From assembly GCF_011745625.1 (NCBI RefSeq), contig NW_027191489.1, positions 186,001 to 219,474 of the forward strand: a DNA stretch of 33,474 bases, read 5' to 3'. This document shows, piece by piece, positions 9,351 to 19,400 of this stretch. A program made the position numbers and the translations under genes. Under the pieces are notes generated by a model. It was not told the DNA's origin. It worked only from the letters and a program-made list of their open reading frames with translations, and searched no databases. The DNA is from Cladosporium halotolerans (lineage: Eukaryota). Position 1 is the stretch's first letter, and every line of letters starts with the position of its first letter.

Positions 9351-11543
9351 TCACTTAGCTGCCTCTGGCTCCGCTTCCTTTTTGACCACAGTCTCCCCTG
9401 CCGGCGCAAACCCCTCAGGCACACCCCTCGCCGGCCTACCCATCCTCAGACTAACCGCCGTCTGTGGGCCAACCCAAGCGCCCAGAAACCCACTCCAAGC
9501 GCTACCACCAGCCACCATACGCTGCACAATCTTGTACGTCTGCAAATCTGCGTACGGCAGCCCCGTTTTCGGATCAGTGTACTTGGCCGCCCAGCCGGTG
9601 ACAGCGCACTTGGGTTTCTGTGGCGGCTCCGGGAGGGCGTCGAGTTTGTTGCGCTTGAGAACGCGGGAGAGGTAGCGGCTTTCTTCGGGCGTGAAAGGCG
9701 GGTGAGAGTTGGGAATGAGGGTTTTGGAGAGTGGCGTCTCGTCCAGTGGGCCGAATTGTGAGCTAAGGAGGCTTTTGCGCGATTTGTTGGGTGGTTGAGG
9801 GTAAGTGAGAGAGGGGAAGGAGTCGAGGACGAGGAGGGTGCGTTGAGCTTGTTCGCGAAGGACTGGCGCAGGAGGCGGTGGTGGAGCCTGAGGCGTTGCG
9901 ACTGCAGCTGGCGGTTGTGGTGTGGCGGAAAAGGTCATGGTGCCTGGGAGGACGCCAGGCTGGGAGGGTTGCATTTGTGCATGTTGGGCCACGGTTGGCG
10001 TTGAAGGTCCGGAGGGCGTGGAGAGCTGCGAAGGCTGAATTGATGTGTTCTGATGGATGGAGGGCGCCCCTGCAAAGTCTTGCTGCGCCGGTGTTGCTAG
10101 AGATAAGCCTGATGCTTCGGTGTGAAAATTAGCAGCGTTGATCGCTGGAGCACTTGGTGTGTATGGAACTTGATCCGGTTCCGGCTTATCCTCAGCCTGA
10201 GCTGCGTATTCGTGAATTCCAGACAGCCAGGTATTGGAAGGCTCAACAGGCTCCTCCGCAGGCTTCTCCCCTGAAGGCTCGATAGGAAGCTCTTCTGGGT
10301 CGGCACTCTGATCAGCCGTCTCTGAAGGTTCTCCGAGTGTCGGTGCGTCTTCCATACGCTCATCCGCGGTACCAGGTCTTGATGATTCTCCGCCCCAATC
10401 AATGAGGTCCATAGCTGCCTTCTCGTTTTCCTTTTTCGCCGCTTCAGCTTGTTCAGCTTCTATTCGTGCAGCTTCAATGCGCTCGCTCTCCTTCCGCTCC
10501 TCTTCCAGCCTCTCTTCCTCTCGTCTTCTGGCCTCCTCGGCCTGTTTTCTCGCTTCTTCCCTGGCTTCCTCTTCTCTCTTCTCAGCCTCCTTTCGGGCCT
10601 CCTCCTCTTTCCTACGAGCCTCCTCCCTCGCCTCCTCTTCCCTTTTCTTCGCTTCAACCTCATACTCCTGCATTGTCTTTGACCCAAGCCTCTTAACCTT
10701 CAATTTGCCATCTTCAAAGACTCCACTTCCACTCCAGGTCCTCATAACCGGTCCCTCAATATCCCTCTTCCTCTTCGCCGCAAGCGCCTCCTCCCTTAAC
10801 CGAATCCTCTCCGCCTCCTCCCTCTCCGTCCTGCCCAGCTCTTTAGCCGTCTCCTTCTCAATCCGTTTACACTTCTCAAACCGCTGCTCTTGCGTCAGTG
10901 GCAGCCGATCCGTCATGCGCACCCTCTTCGCCGCATCCTTCATCAACTTCTTCTGCTTCTCACTCCTCTGCGCGCTCTCCTTCAAATTCGCATGGATAAC
11001 CTCGCGATTCTTCACCGCCAGCTCACGCCTACTCTGCCTCGTAGGTGCATCCACCCCCTCCGGCAACCAATTACTCCTCTCGCTCTTCTTCTTTTTCTTC
11101 CTCCTCTCCGCCTCCTCCGCATCGCCCTCCCCCTCCCCTTCCTCAACAACCCTCACCCTCTTCTTCGGCACCAGCCCGGGCACCCTCATGCGCGCATCCA
11201 TCGCCTTCCTTTGCTTTCGCCCCTCCGCGCGCTCCGCCCTCTTCAGCTCCTTCTCGCCCTCGTCCTCGTCGCCCTCCGCATTCGCAGCGTCCTCATCGCT
11301 CTCGTCGCTCTCCATAGCCGCGTCGTCATCTTCTCTGTCCGAAACAGCATAGTCCTCCGCATCCTCGGCCTCGTCCTCGGCGAGTAGCTCTTTCTGCAGT
11401 TCTTCGTCGTCGAGGTTCGCGCGCAGCGTCGCGTACAGGTTGCCGGCTGTGCGGCGCTTTGCGCGCGTGGCGACGAGGCCGGAGGTGGTGAGGTCGTCGG
11501 GATTATCATCTTCGGAGTCGGAGGTGTTGGAGGAGGAGGACAT
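9351..11543 (-). CDS. VPS72: YL1 nuclear protein / SWR1 complex subunit Vps72 (Swc2), about 730 aa
   Basis: N-terminal RAKRRTAGN motif followed by an acidic tract; C-terminal YL1_C-like KCAVTGWAAKYTDPKTGLPYADLQTYKIV. ATG at 11543 (MSSSSNTSD) preferred over the longer ORF start. Confidence 0.88.
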   Translation of the reverse strand: MSSSSNTSDSEDDNPDDLTTSGLVATRAKRRTAGNLYATLRANLDDEELQKELLAEDEAEDAEDYAVSDREDDDAAMESDESDEDAANAEGDEDEGEKELKRAERAEGRKQRKAMDARMRVPGLVPKKRVRVVEEGEGEGDAEEAERRKKKKKSERSNWLPEGVDAPTRQSRRELAVKNREVIHANLKESAQRSEKQKKLMKDAAKRVRMTDRLPLTQEQRFEKCKRIEKETAKELGRTEREEAERIRLREEALAAKRKRDIEGPVMRTWSGSGVFEDGKLKVKRLGSKTMQEYEVEAKKREEEAREEARRKEEEARKEAEKREEEAREEARKQAEEARRREEERLEEERKESERIEAARIEAEQAEAAKKENEKAAMDLIDWGGESSRPGTADERMEDAPTLGEPSETADQSADPEELPIEPSGEKPAEEPVEPSNTWLSGIHEYAAQAEDKPEPDQVPYTPSAPAINAANFHTEASGLSLATPAQQDFAGAPSIHQNTSIQPSQLSTPSGPSTPTVAQHAQMQPSQPGVLPGTMTFSATPQPPAAVATPQAPPPPPAPVLREQAQRTLLVLDSFPSLTYPQPPNKSRKSLLSSQFGPLDETPLSKTLIPNSHPPFTPEESRYLSRVLKRNKLDALPEPPQKPKCAVTGWAAKYTDPKTGLPYADLQTYKIVQRMVAGGSAWSGFLGAWVGPQTAVSLRMGRPARGVPEGFAPAGETVVKKEAEPEAAK

Positions 11544-11880
11544 TTTGGTGGTGGTGTGGGTGTGTAGTGGGATGAGGAGGGTGATGGGAACGCGGGTTTG
11601 GGAAAGTGAGGAAGTTCGCGAATCTGGGGTTCGGGGAAGGAGCGATCGGCATGTGACAGCGAGCGGCGATCGTAGGGCTGGTCGCTGAGCCGGGGATCTA
11701 CTCAACACTCCCTTACTGCATGGCATGGTTGAGACGTGAACAGTGAATCGAATCATCGTTGGACTTGAAAGTTTCTACCGTGCATTATTCGTGTGGGTGG
11801 CAACTATCTATTACACACTACATATGGTCTGTGGTCTGGTCCTTCCGTTCATCAGGGCCTCAAGATTGCGAGGCACGAGA

Positions 11881-13911
11881 TCATCGGACCTCGATCTTCG
11901 CGATCTCCCCTTTGGCGTTCTGCCACTCGTGCATGCTGCGTTTGCTCCACTCGAGATGAGCGCGGGCGAAGTTAAGCTATGTGCTAAGTCAGCAATATGT
12001 TCGAAAGGATAGCAATCCGGAGAAACCCCAGATGCATGGAAACAAACTTACCATGTAATTTGTCAAATCTTCCTCTTTCTCCCCCTGGAAGCGCCTAAGC
12101 TCCTCCATCACACCCGAGCTGGCATCCGTGACATCCTTTTTGCTGACCTCGAGGGCCTCCTCTAAATGGCTGAGACTCTCTTTCGTCTTACCAAGAGCAT
12201 CTCTTCTCGCACGCTCAGGGTCGGTATCCGTAACGCCCTGAATGGCGTGCGTAAGGCGACCGAAGAGCTTGTTTGCGACACCGCTGGTGGCGCGACGGTG
12301 CGAACCGTTGGTCGGAGGAGACGAGGGAGGCGAAGAAGGATATCCTGAGCCGGGCTCGCCCTGCTGAGCCGAGGGCACGCTGGAGCTGCGCGTGTTGGGA
12401 GGGAAGTCGGAATCGACGGAGTTATTGTCTTCTTCGCGAGGTTGTCTGCTGCGCTCGGAGTGGCTGGCGCTGCTTGCGCTGCGGCGGGGCGTGGAGTGCA
12501 TGCCGGAAGAGGACATGTACTGCTCTATGCGCTTCGCTTCGGCCTCGGAGCGTTCCAGCTGCTCGAGGGTCATGCGTTTCTTCTCCAGCTCGTCGCGAGT
12601 CATCTCCTCTTGAACACGCTTGAGGACACGAAATTTGAGTACGCTGCGCACGACGCTCGCGAACTGTGCGCTTTCGCGCATGGGCTCTGCGAAGCCGGCT
12701 GAGAGTGCTGAACCCATATCCCTCGAGGCGATGTAAGTGTAGTCGCAGGCTTGACCGGTCTTCTCAATCGCATGTGCTACACTTGCGCTCTGCTCACTAA
12801 GCGAGAAAGCGTTGTAGCGTGCACCAAGGTCCATCAAGTCATCGCCAAGGCTGTACAAGTGGCGCAAGATTCGCTGGTTTACCTTCTCCATCGAGCCCGT
12901 GAGAAGAGTCTCCAGCTCCTTGGTGTTGTTCTCAAAAGACGAGAAATAAGGGTCCATCTCATCTTCTTGGAGCTTCTGTTCTTTCGGAGGAAAGCGAGCA
13001 TATTGGATGTTCGGAGTACTGTGGGACGCAGCAGAGGGCAGCGTCGTTTGCGCCGGCGGAGAGACAGGCGTACCACTGGAACTGACAGAACCCGATCTCA
13101 GCTTCGCGCTCTGACTAGGCACAGGCAGCCACTGGTGGCCTTCAGTCGGGTTCGCCGGATCAAGAGGAGGCGCCTTCAGGTTGTTCTTCGGAATCGAGGC
13201 CACAGGGTGCGAGTGCAGGACCTCGCTCCAACTGGCATTCGGGTCCAGGAAGCGCCACCACACACCGTCCTCCCGCACATGCTTCATGCGCCTGCATCTG
13301 TTTAAGAACGTCGCAAGCATGCGCTGCCGCAACTCAATGATGCCCGCATCTTCCTTAGCCTTCGTGGGCTTTGCCGCGTAATCCGCAAACGAGTGCTTCT
13401 CGGGAATCGGCGGGATGATAAGGGTGGGATGCAGGGCGACCAAAGTCGCTCGCAGCGACGCGAACTCCGAGTATCGCCTCCTGACCTCCAGATCGCCCGT
13501 GCGGATCGTGTACGTTATGTAGTTCCCGCCGCCTTCGTGGTTCTTGCCGGCGTGCGTAATTTGGATGTCCAGCTCCGGGTGTTCCCACAGTATTTGTTGA
13601 ATGCGACTGTCGTAGCCGCCCTTGGGCGGATCGATCTTGGGACCTTGCGGGCGGTCGTCATCAAGCTCTTCGTCGCTTAGTTCTGCGCTGCGTGACATGA
13701 AGTGAGGGCGCTGGTCTGGTGACGAGGCCTCAGAAGGTGGGGTGGACGGGCGGTTGAAGGCTGGTTCGGTCAGCCATTGTGTTCCTAAGGGTACATGCGC
13801 GGCTGTGGCAGTATGCAAAAGCTTAGACTTACCAGGACTCTGGATATCGCTGCCCTCACTATCCCGGCGCTGGAATGAACCGTACGGATTGTTGTCTTCG
13901 TCGTCCCACAT
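11881..13911 (-). CDS. SNX41: PX-BAR sorting nexin (Snx41/Atg20 family); exons 13911-13833, 13760-12052, 11976-11881 (627 aa)
   Basis: PX domain YITYTIRTGDLEVRRRYSEFASLR..LHPTLIIPPIPEKH..RMLATFLNR; helical BAR region; introns 13761-13832 (GTAAGT..CTGAC..CAG) and 11977-12051 (GTAAGT..CTGAC..TAG); last exon LNFARAHLEWSKRSMHEWQNAKGEIAKIEVR*. An in-frame ATG also lies at 13932. Confidence 0.9.
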
Positions 13912-15035
13912 GGTTGCGAGGACCTGATGCACTGCCTGGACTCAAGGTATTTGCGTATTCCGACCTGCGCAAGAAAGGACTGTCGAGGCCGAGGCGACAA
14001 AGTAAGGGTCTGGTAGACTGTGTGATTTGCGGGAGATGCTTCGTTTAGCAGGCTGTTGAGCGATGCCTGCTGCGGTCGAGCTGGGGCGGCGGTTGGTTGC
14101 TGGCCTGGGCGTTGGAGCTGCTTGCCGACGCCGAACTGCGACTGGGGAGTGACGTAGCCTCGTGAGCGCCTTCTACACTAATGCGAGAGTTTGTGGCATG
14201 CTTCGTGTTCTCTATCTGCGAAAAGCATTCATGAGATGCCCTTATTGCTGATGCTTTTCGAAATAATCGTAACAATCAAGCCTTTGCGATGTTATGCGCT
14301 CCGAAATGAACGAGTTTATAGATACATATCCTCCGCTGAACTCTCTAAATTGCCTTTGCTCGATGCTCGTGGTGCCACTAACTTCCCTGCGATCACAACG
14401 TTGGCCCAGGGCCACTTCTTGTCATTGGAAAGTTTGGAGGCTTCGCGGGCTTCCTACTTGTGATTATGCTAGTGTGGTTACCATATCAGGCTATCGGAGC
14501 GAAAATCTGTTTTTAGCAGTCTAGAGAAAAGGGTAGCAGCGTACTGTTCATTTCCATTCAGAGAGCGCTGAGAAACTTGGGTGGACCACATAATGACAGA
14601 GCCCCCCGTTTTGCAGGGCCGTGGGAGTTCAGACTTCAATTCATTCAACGTATGCTGAACCTCGGCGTTTTAGATCTACATTCAGGGATCGTGAGTACTC
14701 GGTGAAGCCTTATCTCTGCTTGCCTATACAGCATACTTCATCATTTCCTCAGTCCTCACACTGATCACGTGAGCCCTCGCGAGCCGCGCCTGCGCGTGAA
14801 CAACCTTCAAGAGGCGTGTGCTTGACTTCTTTACATCACCACACCCATGCATCCACGACGAATCCCACTTCAAAACACAATCTCTTCTTCAAGCAAAATC
14901 GGTACTCGGACAAAAACGCCCTTCTATTCGCTACAATCCGGCCAACTTGCCGGACCACAGACAGCCTTAACCGGCACAGCTTTCCACTCTCGCACTCGAG
15001 CTTCATCACAACAAAGTGCGGTTCGCACAAATTTG

Positions 15036-15668
15036 ATGGTCCAGACGCGCAACATGCCAATCAATCGAGAACCTCTTCTGATTCGATTCTTCGATCCATC
15101 AATTGCCTCGCCAGACTCCAGAGGCCGCACCCTCGCCACCGTCCTGTCCTCGTCCGACAGGCAGCTCGAAGCCTCCCACGATTACATTCAAACCCTGTTC
15201 CCACTTCCAGAAGGCAGCATGTTCAACTCCGCACCTCTCATCACACCGGAGATCCGCGAAGCCTTCCTCTCACAGCCTCAGCTTCGCGCCAGTTTGCGCA
15301 ACGCTCTAGAACGCATGCTCGCATTCTACGGCCTGCAGCTCAATGAACGACAAGTACCCAATAGCTCATCTACCAAGGACGAAGTTACGCGCGGCCCGAA
15401 CTTCACATCGAACTCGAAGAACTGGGTGACTCGCTTCAACCACAACCACTTGCGTATTACGCGCATACTGCGCTCGCTGAGGGTTTTGGGCCTCACATCT
15501 GAAGCAGAGGCACTGCACGATTTCCTTGCCTCTGATGTGGATGTGACGAGGCTCGTATCAGAACGTAGCCAGATGTATTGGCGCAGAGCGACGCACAGGG
15601 AGCTGTATCTACCGTCTGACGAGGAAGACAGGAACGCCGAGGGGATCGCTTGGTTAAGGGGGAGCTGA
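15036..15668 (+). CDS. Opioid growth factor receptor conserved-region (OGFr_N) domain protein
   Basis: Motifs DSRGRTL, LEASHDYIQTLFPLPE, RMLAFYGL, NHNHLRITRILRSLRVLG. Start uncertain: in-frame ATGs at 14847, 15036 and 15054. Confidence 0.85.
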   Translation: MVQTRNMPINREPLLIRFFDPSIASPDSRGRTLATVLSSSDRQLEASHDYIQTLFPLPEGSMFNSAPLITPEIREAFLSQPQLRASLRNALERMLAFYGLQLNERQVPNSSSTKDEVTRGPNFTSNSKNWVTRFNHNHLRITRILRSLRVLGLTSEAEALHDFLASDVDVTRLVSERSQMYWRRATHRELYLPSDEEDRNAEGIAWLRGS

Positions 15669-16477
15669 GGCAACACCTACTCGAGCCAGTGCCTTAGGGA
15701 AGCACTGGAAACTAAGCTCAATGACCTTACAACTCTAGACAAGCCCACTCCCTGAGCCAGATTCAATGGCTGGTCATGGCGAGCGACGTGCGGAAACTAC
15801 TGGTGCCGGCACGTGACTTCGCCGCTTCCGAAAAACGAGCAGACATCTCGCATGCACGGGAGAACGAATCGGGCTTTCAATTTTCCATCGCTTGCGCTGC
15901 ATGCAGAGAAACAATGTAATCGAGGCAGTAGATCGTTTCCTCGAGATGCGAAAGAAGAAGGCATGGGCTTGTGGCAATATGGGAGCTGGGAGGGCCGGCT
16001 TCACAGATCAAGTTCATCGTGTGGCATTGCTGTACGAAAAATCTTCAAATAGCTATTTGAACGAAGAAATCAGGCAGAGCTCATCTATCCGCTCAACTAG
16101 TACGCAACGTCGAAACCAAGCAGTGCTCCATTCATATTGGCTAGGGCAGTGTGTGTGCTTATCAATACAAGTTACCAAGCACTGCGAGAGGGATGTCCCA
16201 TCGCGGAGCCTCTTCACACTATGCTGAGCAAGCGAACAGGGAATTCAGCATGGATCGATCGAACTGTCCAAGTCCACTTGCAGTCATTCATTAAAATTAC
16301 CCAACTACGCAATCACCAAAATGATTAAGTTAACTCAAAGGCAGCTCTCGTTTCACATCCAAGCCTAAGCCACCTCTCCTCCAGAGAATCATAAACCCTG
16401 AAAATCATTACCATCGGCCGTAATGATCAATTAATAGATAGAGAAATCACCCTTCCCTTTCTCTTCGTACGGGAAGA

Positions 16478-19400
16478 TCAAAAGAGACGCCTCCAGTGTC
16501 CTCCGCTTTTTCCAGCTGGCGCGGCCGCTTGGTCGCCGTAGTTCGAGCCCTTGTTGCCCCAGCTGCTCTGCGATGCATCGGCCGAAGCGGCGGCAACGGA
16601 AGCGTCGTCCGGAGCGTCGGCAACTGGAGCTGCGTCCAGTGGAGCAGCGTCTTCTGGACCCTTGGCCGGAGCGGCATCGATCGGAGCGACCTCGACCGGA
16701 GCATTGGATGGAGCAGCATCGACCGGAGCCTTGGCCGGGGCGGCGTCAACTGGATCTGCGTCGACTGGGGCAACATCAACTGGAGCAGCATCCGCTGAGG
16801 CCTTAGCCGGGGCAGCATCATTTAGAGCTGCATCCATCGGAGTATTGGTCGGAGCAGTTGCAGCCGGCATGCCGTAATCAGCAGGCTTGTTGTCCCAGCC
16901 TCCAGTCACACCGCTGTGCGGCTCGTATGCGCTCGGCTTGGCTCCGCCATCAGACCAAGAAGTGATCGTAATCGTGGCCGGAGCGGCACAGCTAGCCTCA
17001 GCCGTGTAGGTCATCTGGATTTCCTTGGTCTCGTAGCGAGTCTCGGTCTCGACCTTCGTCAGGACGCTGGCCCCGCCTTCTTTGGTGACAAAATGCGTAA
17101 CCGTAGGGCCCTCCTGGTCTTTTGTGACGGTAGAGCCTGGCAAGAACTTGGTTTCATACTCTGTGGTCGTTCTATCGCTGCCCGCTCCAGACATGAACTT
17201 GGTTTCGTAAAGCGTGGAGTACTGCGTGACGACAGAACCATCTGCTTGAGCCGTAACGGTTGAGCCTGGGAGGAATTTGGTCTCGTACTTTGTGAAGGTC
17301 TTGTCCTCGCCCGGGGCGGTGATCACGCTGGGCGAGCCGGACATAAACTTGGTCTGATATTCGGTAACTGTCCGCTCGCTGCCAGGGGATCCAGGGGTTG
17401 TAAAAATGCTAGTTAAAGTCGAGCCGGGCAGGAACTTGGTGACCGTGGAAGCAGGCGTGGCTGGCGCGACGAGATCCGAACATGTGGAAATAAGGATGGT
17501 TGAGATGCTGCTGATAAACTGGGTCTGGACGTCGCCCTCCTCGGTCGAGACCACGGTTTCGTAGAAAGTCCGGCCGGGCTGCATTGACACGATCGTGCTC
17601 GTGACGGGAGATTGGATTGTCTTGTAAATGAATTCAGTTGAGCCAGGAAGCGTCGAGATCTTCGTGACGGTGCTTGGGGCTTGGTACACAGTACTGATCT
17701 AGACTCAGGGTCAGTAAGATGTCAATAGAAGCTGCTGCATGCTATGGTCGTGTGAAGCAACAGAATATCACGTACTTCGGTGTGAACTGAGCTGATTGTC
17801 CGGACTTCTGTTCTCGTAATCGTCGAGGGCGCTTGCGTAATGAATTGGGTCTTGAGTAATCATTAGCTATTGTCTAGACTGAATGATAAGCGAGGAGCTC
17901 ATGCCTGGGTAATCGGCGACGCGATTGTGCGATATTCAGTCTTCAAGACCGTAGAGGGCGCCTGAGTAATGACTTGAGTCTGATAAATCGTGGATGGCGC
18001 TTTTGTGATCGTTGAGACCTTGGGAAAATGTTAGCGGTCATTTCAATGACGTTCAAGGCTTGTTGCAAGCGCTGACTTGGGTGAGCGGCGAAGTTATCGT
18101 ACGATATTCGGTCTTGAAAACCGTCGAGGGCGCCTGAGTGATCGTCTGGGTCTTGCATGTTGATCAGCTACCGCTCAAACTGAGCTCATAACAGCAAAAT
18201 GGTACCTGGGTGAGCGCCGAAGTTATCGTTTGCCGAATTGTGGACGTTGTTGTCGACGGCGCTTTCACGAGTGTCGTTGTCTTGAGCCAGAGTCAGCGAA
18301 GCGCCACTACTTTTGCCTCTCACTTTCAACGAAGGCGTGTTCAACTACTCACTTCCGTGACAACCGAATTGATCGTCCTATACTCAGTTTTTGTGGTCGT
18401 GGAAGGCGCTTGGAATGCGGTCTTGGTCTGGAAGTGGTCAGTCTGGCTTGGACACGCTCTAAAGATATCTTATGATTGCTGAATGCAGTGGCATGTGGGT
18501 AAAGCTAGCCAAAGGCAGAAATCTTGTACCTCAGTAAGCACGGAATTGATTGTCTGAGTAACAAATCGAGTTGCAGTTGACGGGGCAGCAAAAATTGTGC
18601 TAACTCGAGTGACTTGGGAGACGATAGTTGAAAAACTTGTCGATGTACGGGTCGCCCAGTGAGTAACGCAAGTTGTTGAAGTCTTAAAGATAGTAGATGG
18701 GGCCTACGGCTGGATTAGCAACAACAGCTGCCTTCTCGTGTTGCTCAAAGCGACGTACCTGGGTGTATATCGACACGGAAGTCACCGGCGTGGTTACAAA
18801 CGAAGTTGACACAGAAGTAGAAGCTGGAATTTGTTTTGTGATGAAGATAGTAGTCGGAATTCCAGTTTGGACTGTTGAAAAACTTGTCACAGTAGAGGCT
18901 TAACAAAGATCAGCGATGGTTCCGTGGTGGACGGTCTAATACAGCTCACCGGGTGCAAAGAAAGTTTCGTGAGACGTCAGCGTCGAAGGAGCAATTGTTC
19001 GCGTCAGAGTTGTTACGAAGTTTGAAATAATTGTGGTACTGCGGTACACTGTAGACGCAGGTGCTTTGAAAGTACTGACAAGAGTTTTCGTGCTAGCTGG
19101 CAAAGTCCGCACTTGCGTAGAAGTGTACGTACTGGGCGCCATTGTCCGTGTGAGCGTTGACGTGAACGGGATTGTAATTCGCTCCGTGTATGTCTGGACA
19201 TTGGCTAGATTCGTTTAGCAGGTGATTTTCAATCGGCCCCGCGATGGGTGGAAGCCATTTGTTGACTTACCTGGCTGGATCTCAGTCTGAATGACGGTCT
19301 TTGCTGGGAGTGTTGACCATGACGTGAGTGTCGTTCCTAGGATCAATGAGCGGCCGAACGGGAAAGGGAAATGACCATGTGAAATACCTGGCAAACGGGT

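Noticed and set aside
10402..11387. Long plus-strand ORFs (316 aa, 165 aa) antisense to VPS72
   Set aside because: Ser/Phe/Leu low-complexity mirror of the Glu/Lys/Arg-rich sense strand; typical shadow ORFs.
11544..11756. N-terminal 71-aa extension of the VPS72 ORF
   Set aside because: Extends almost to the SNX41 stop, lacks family features; ATG 11543 has a better context (CAAAATG).
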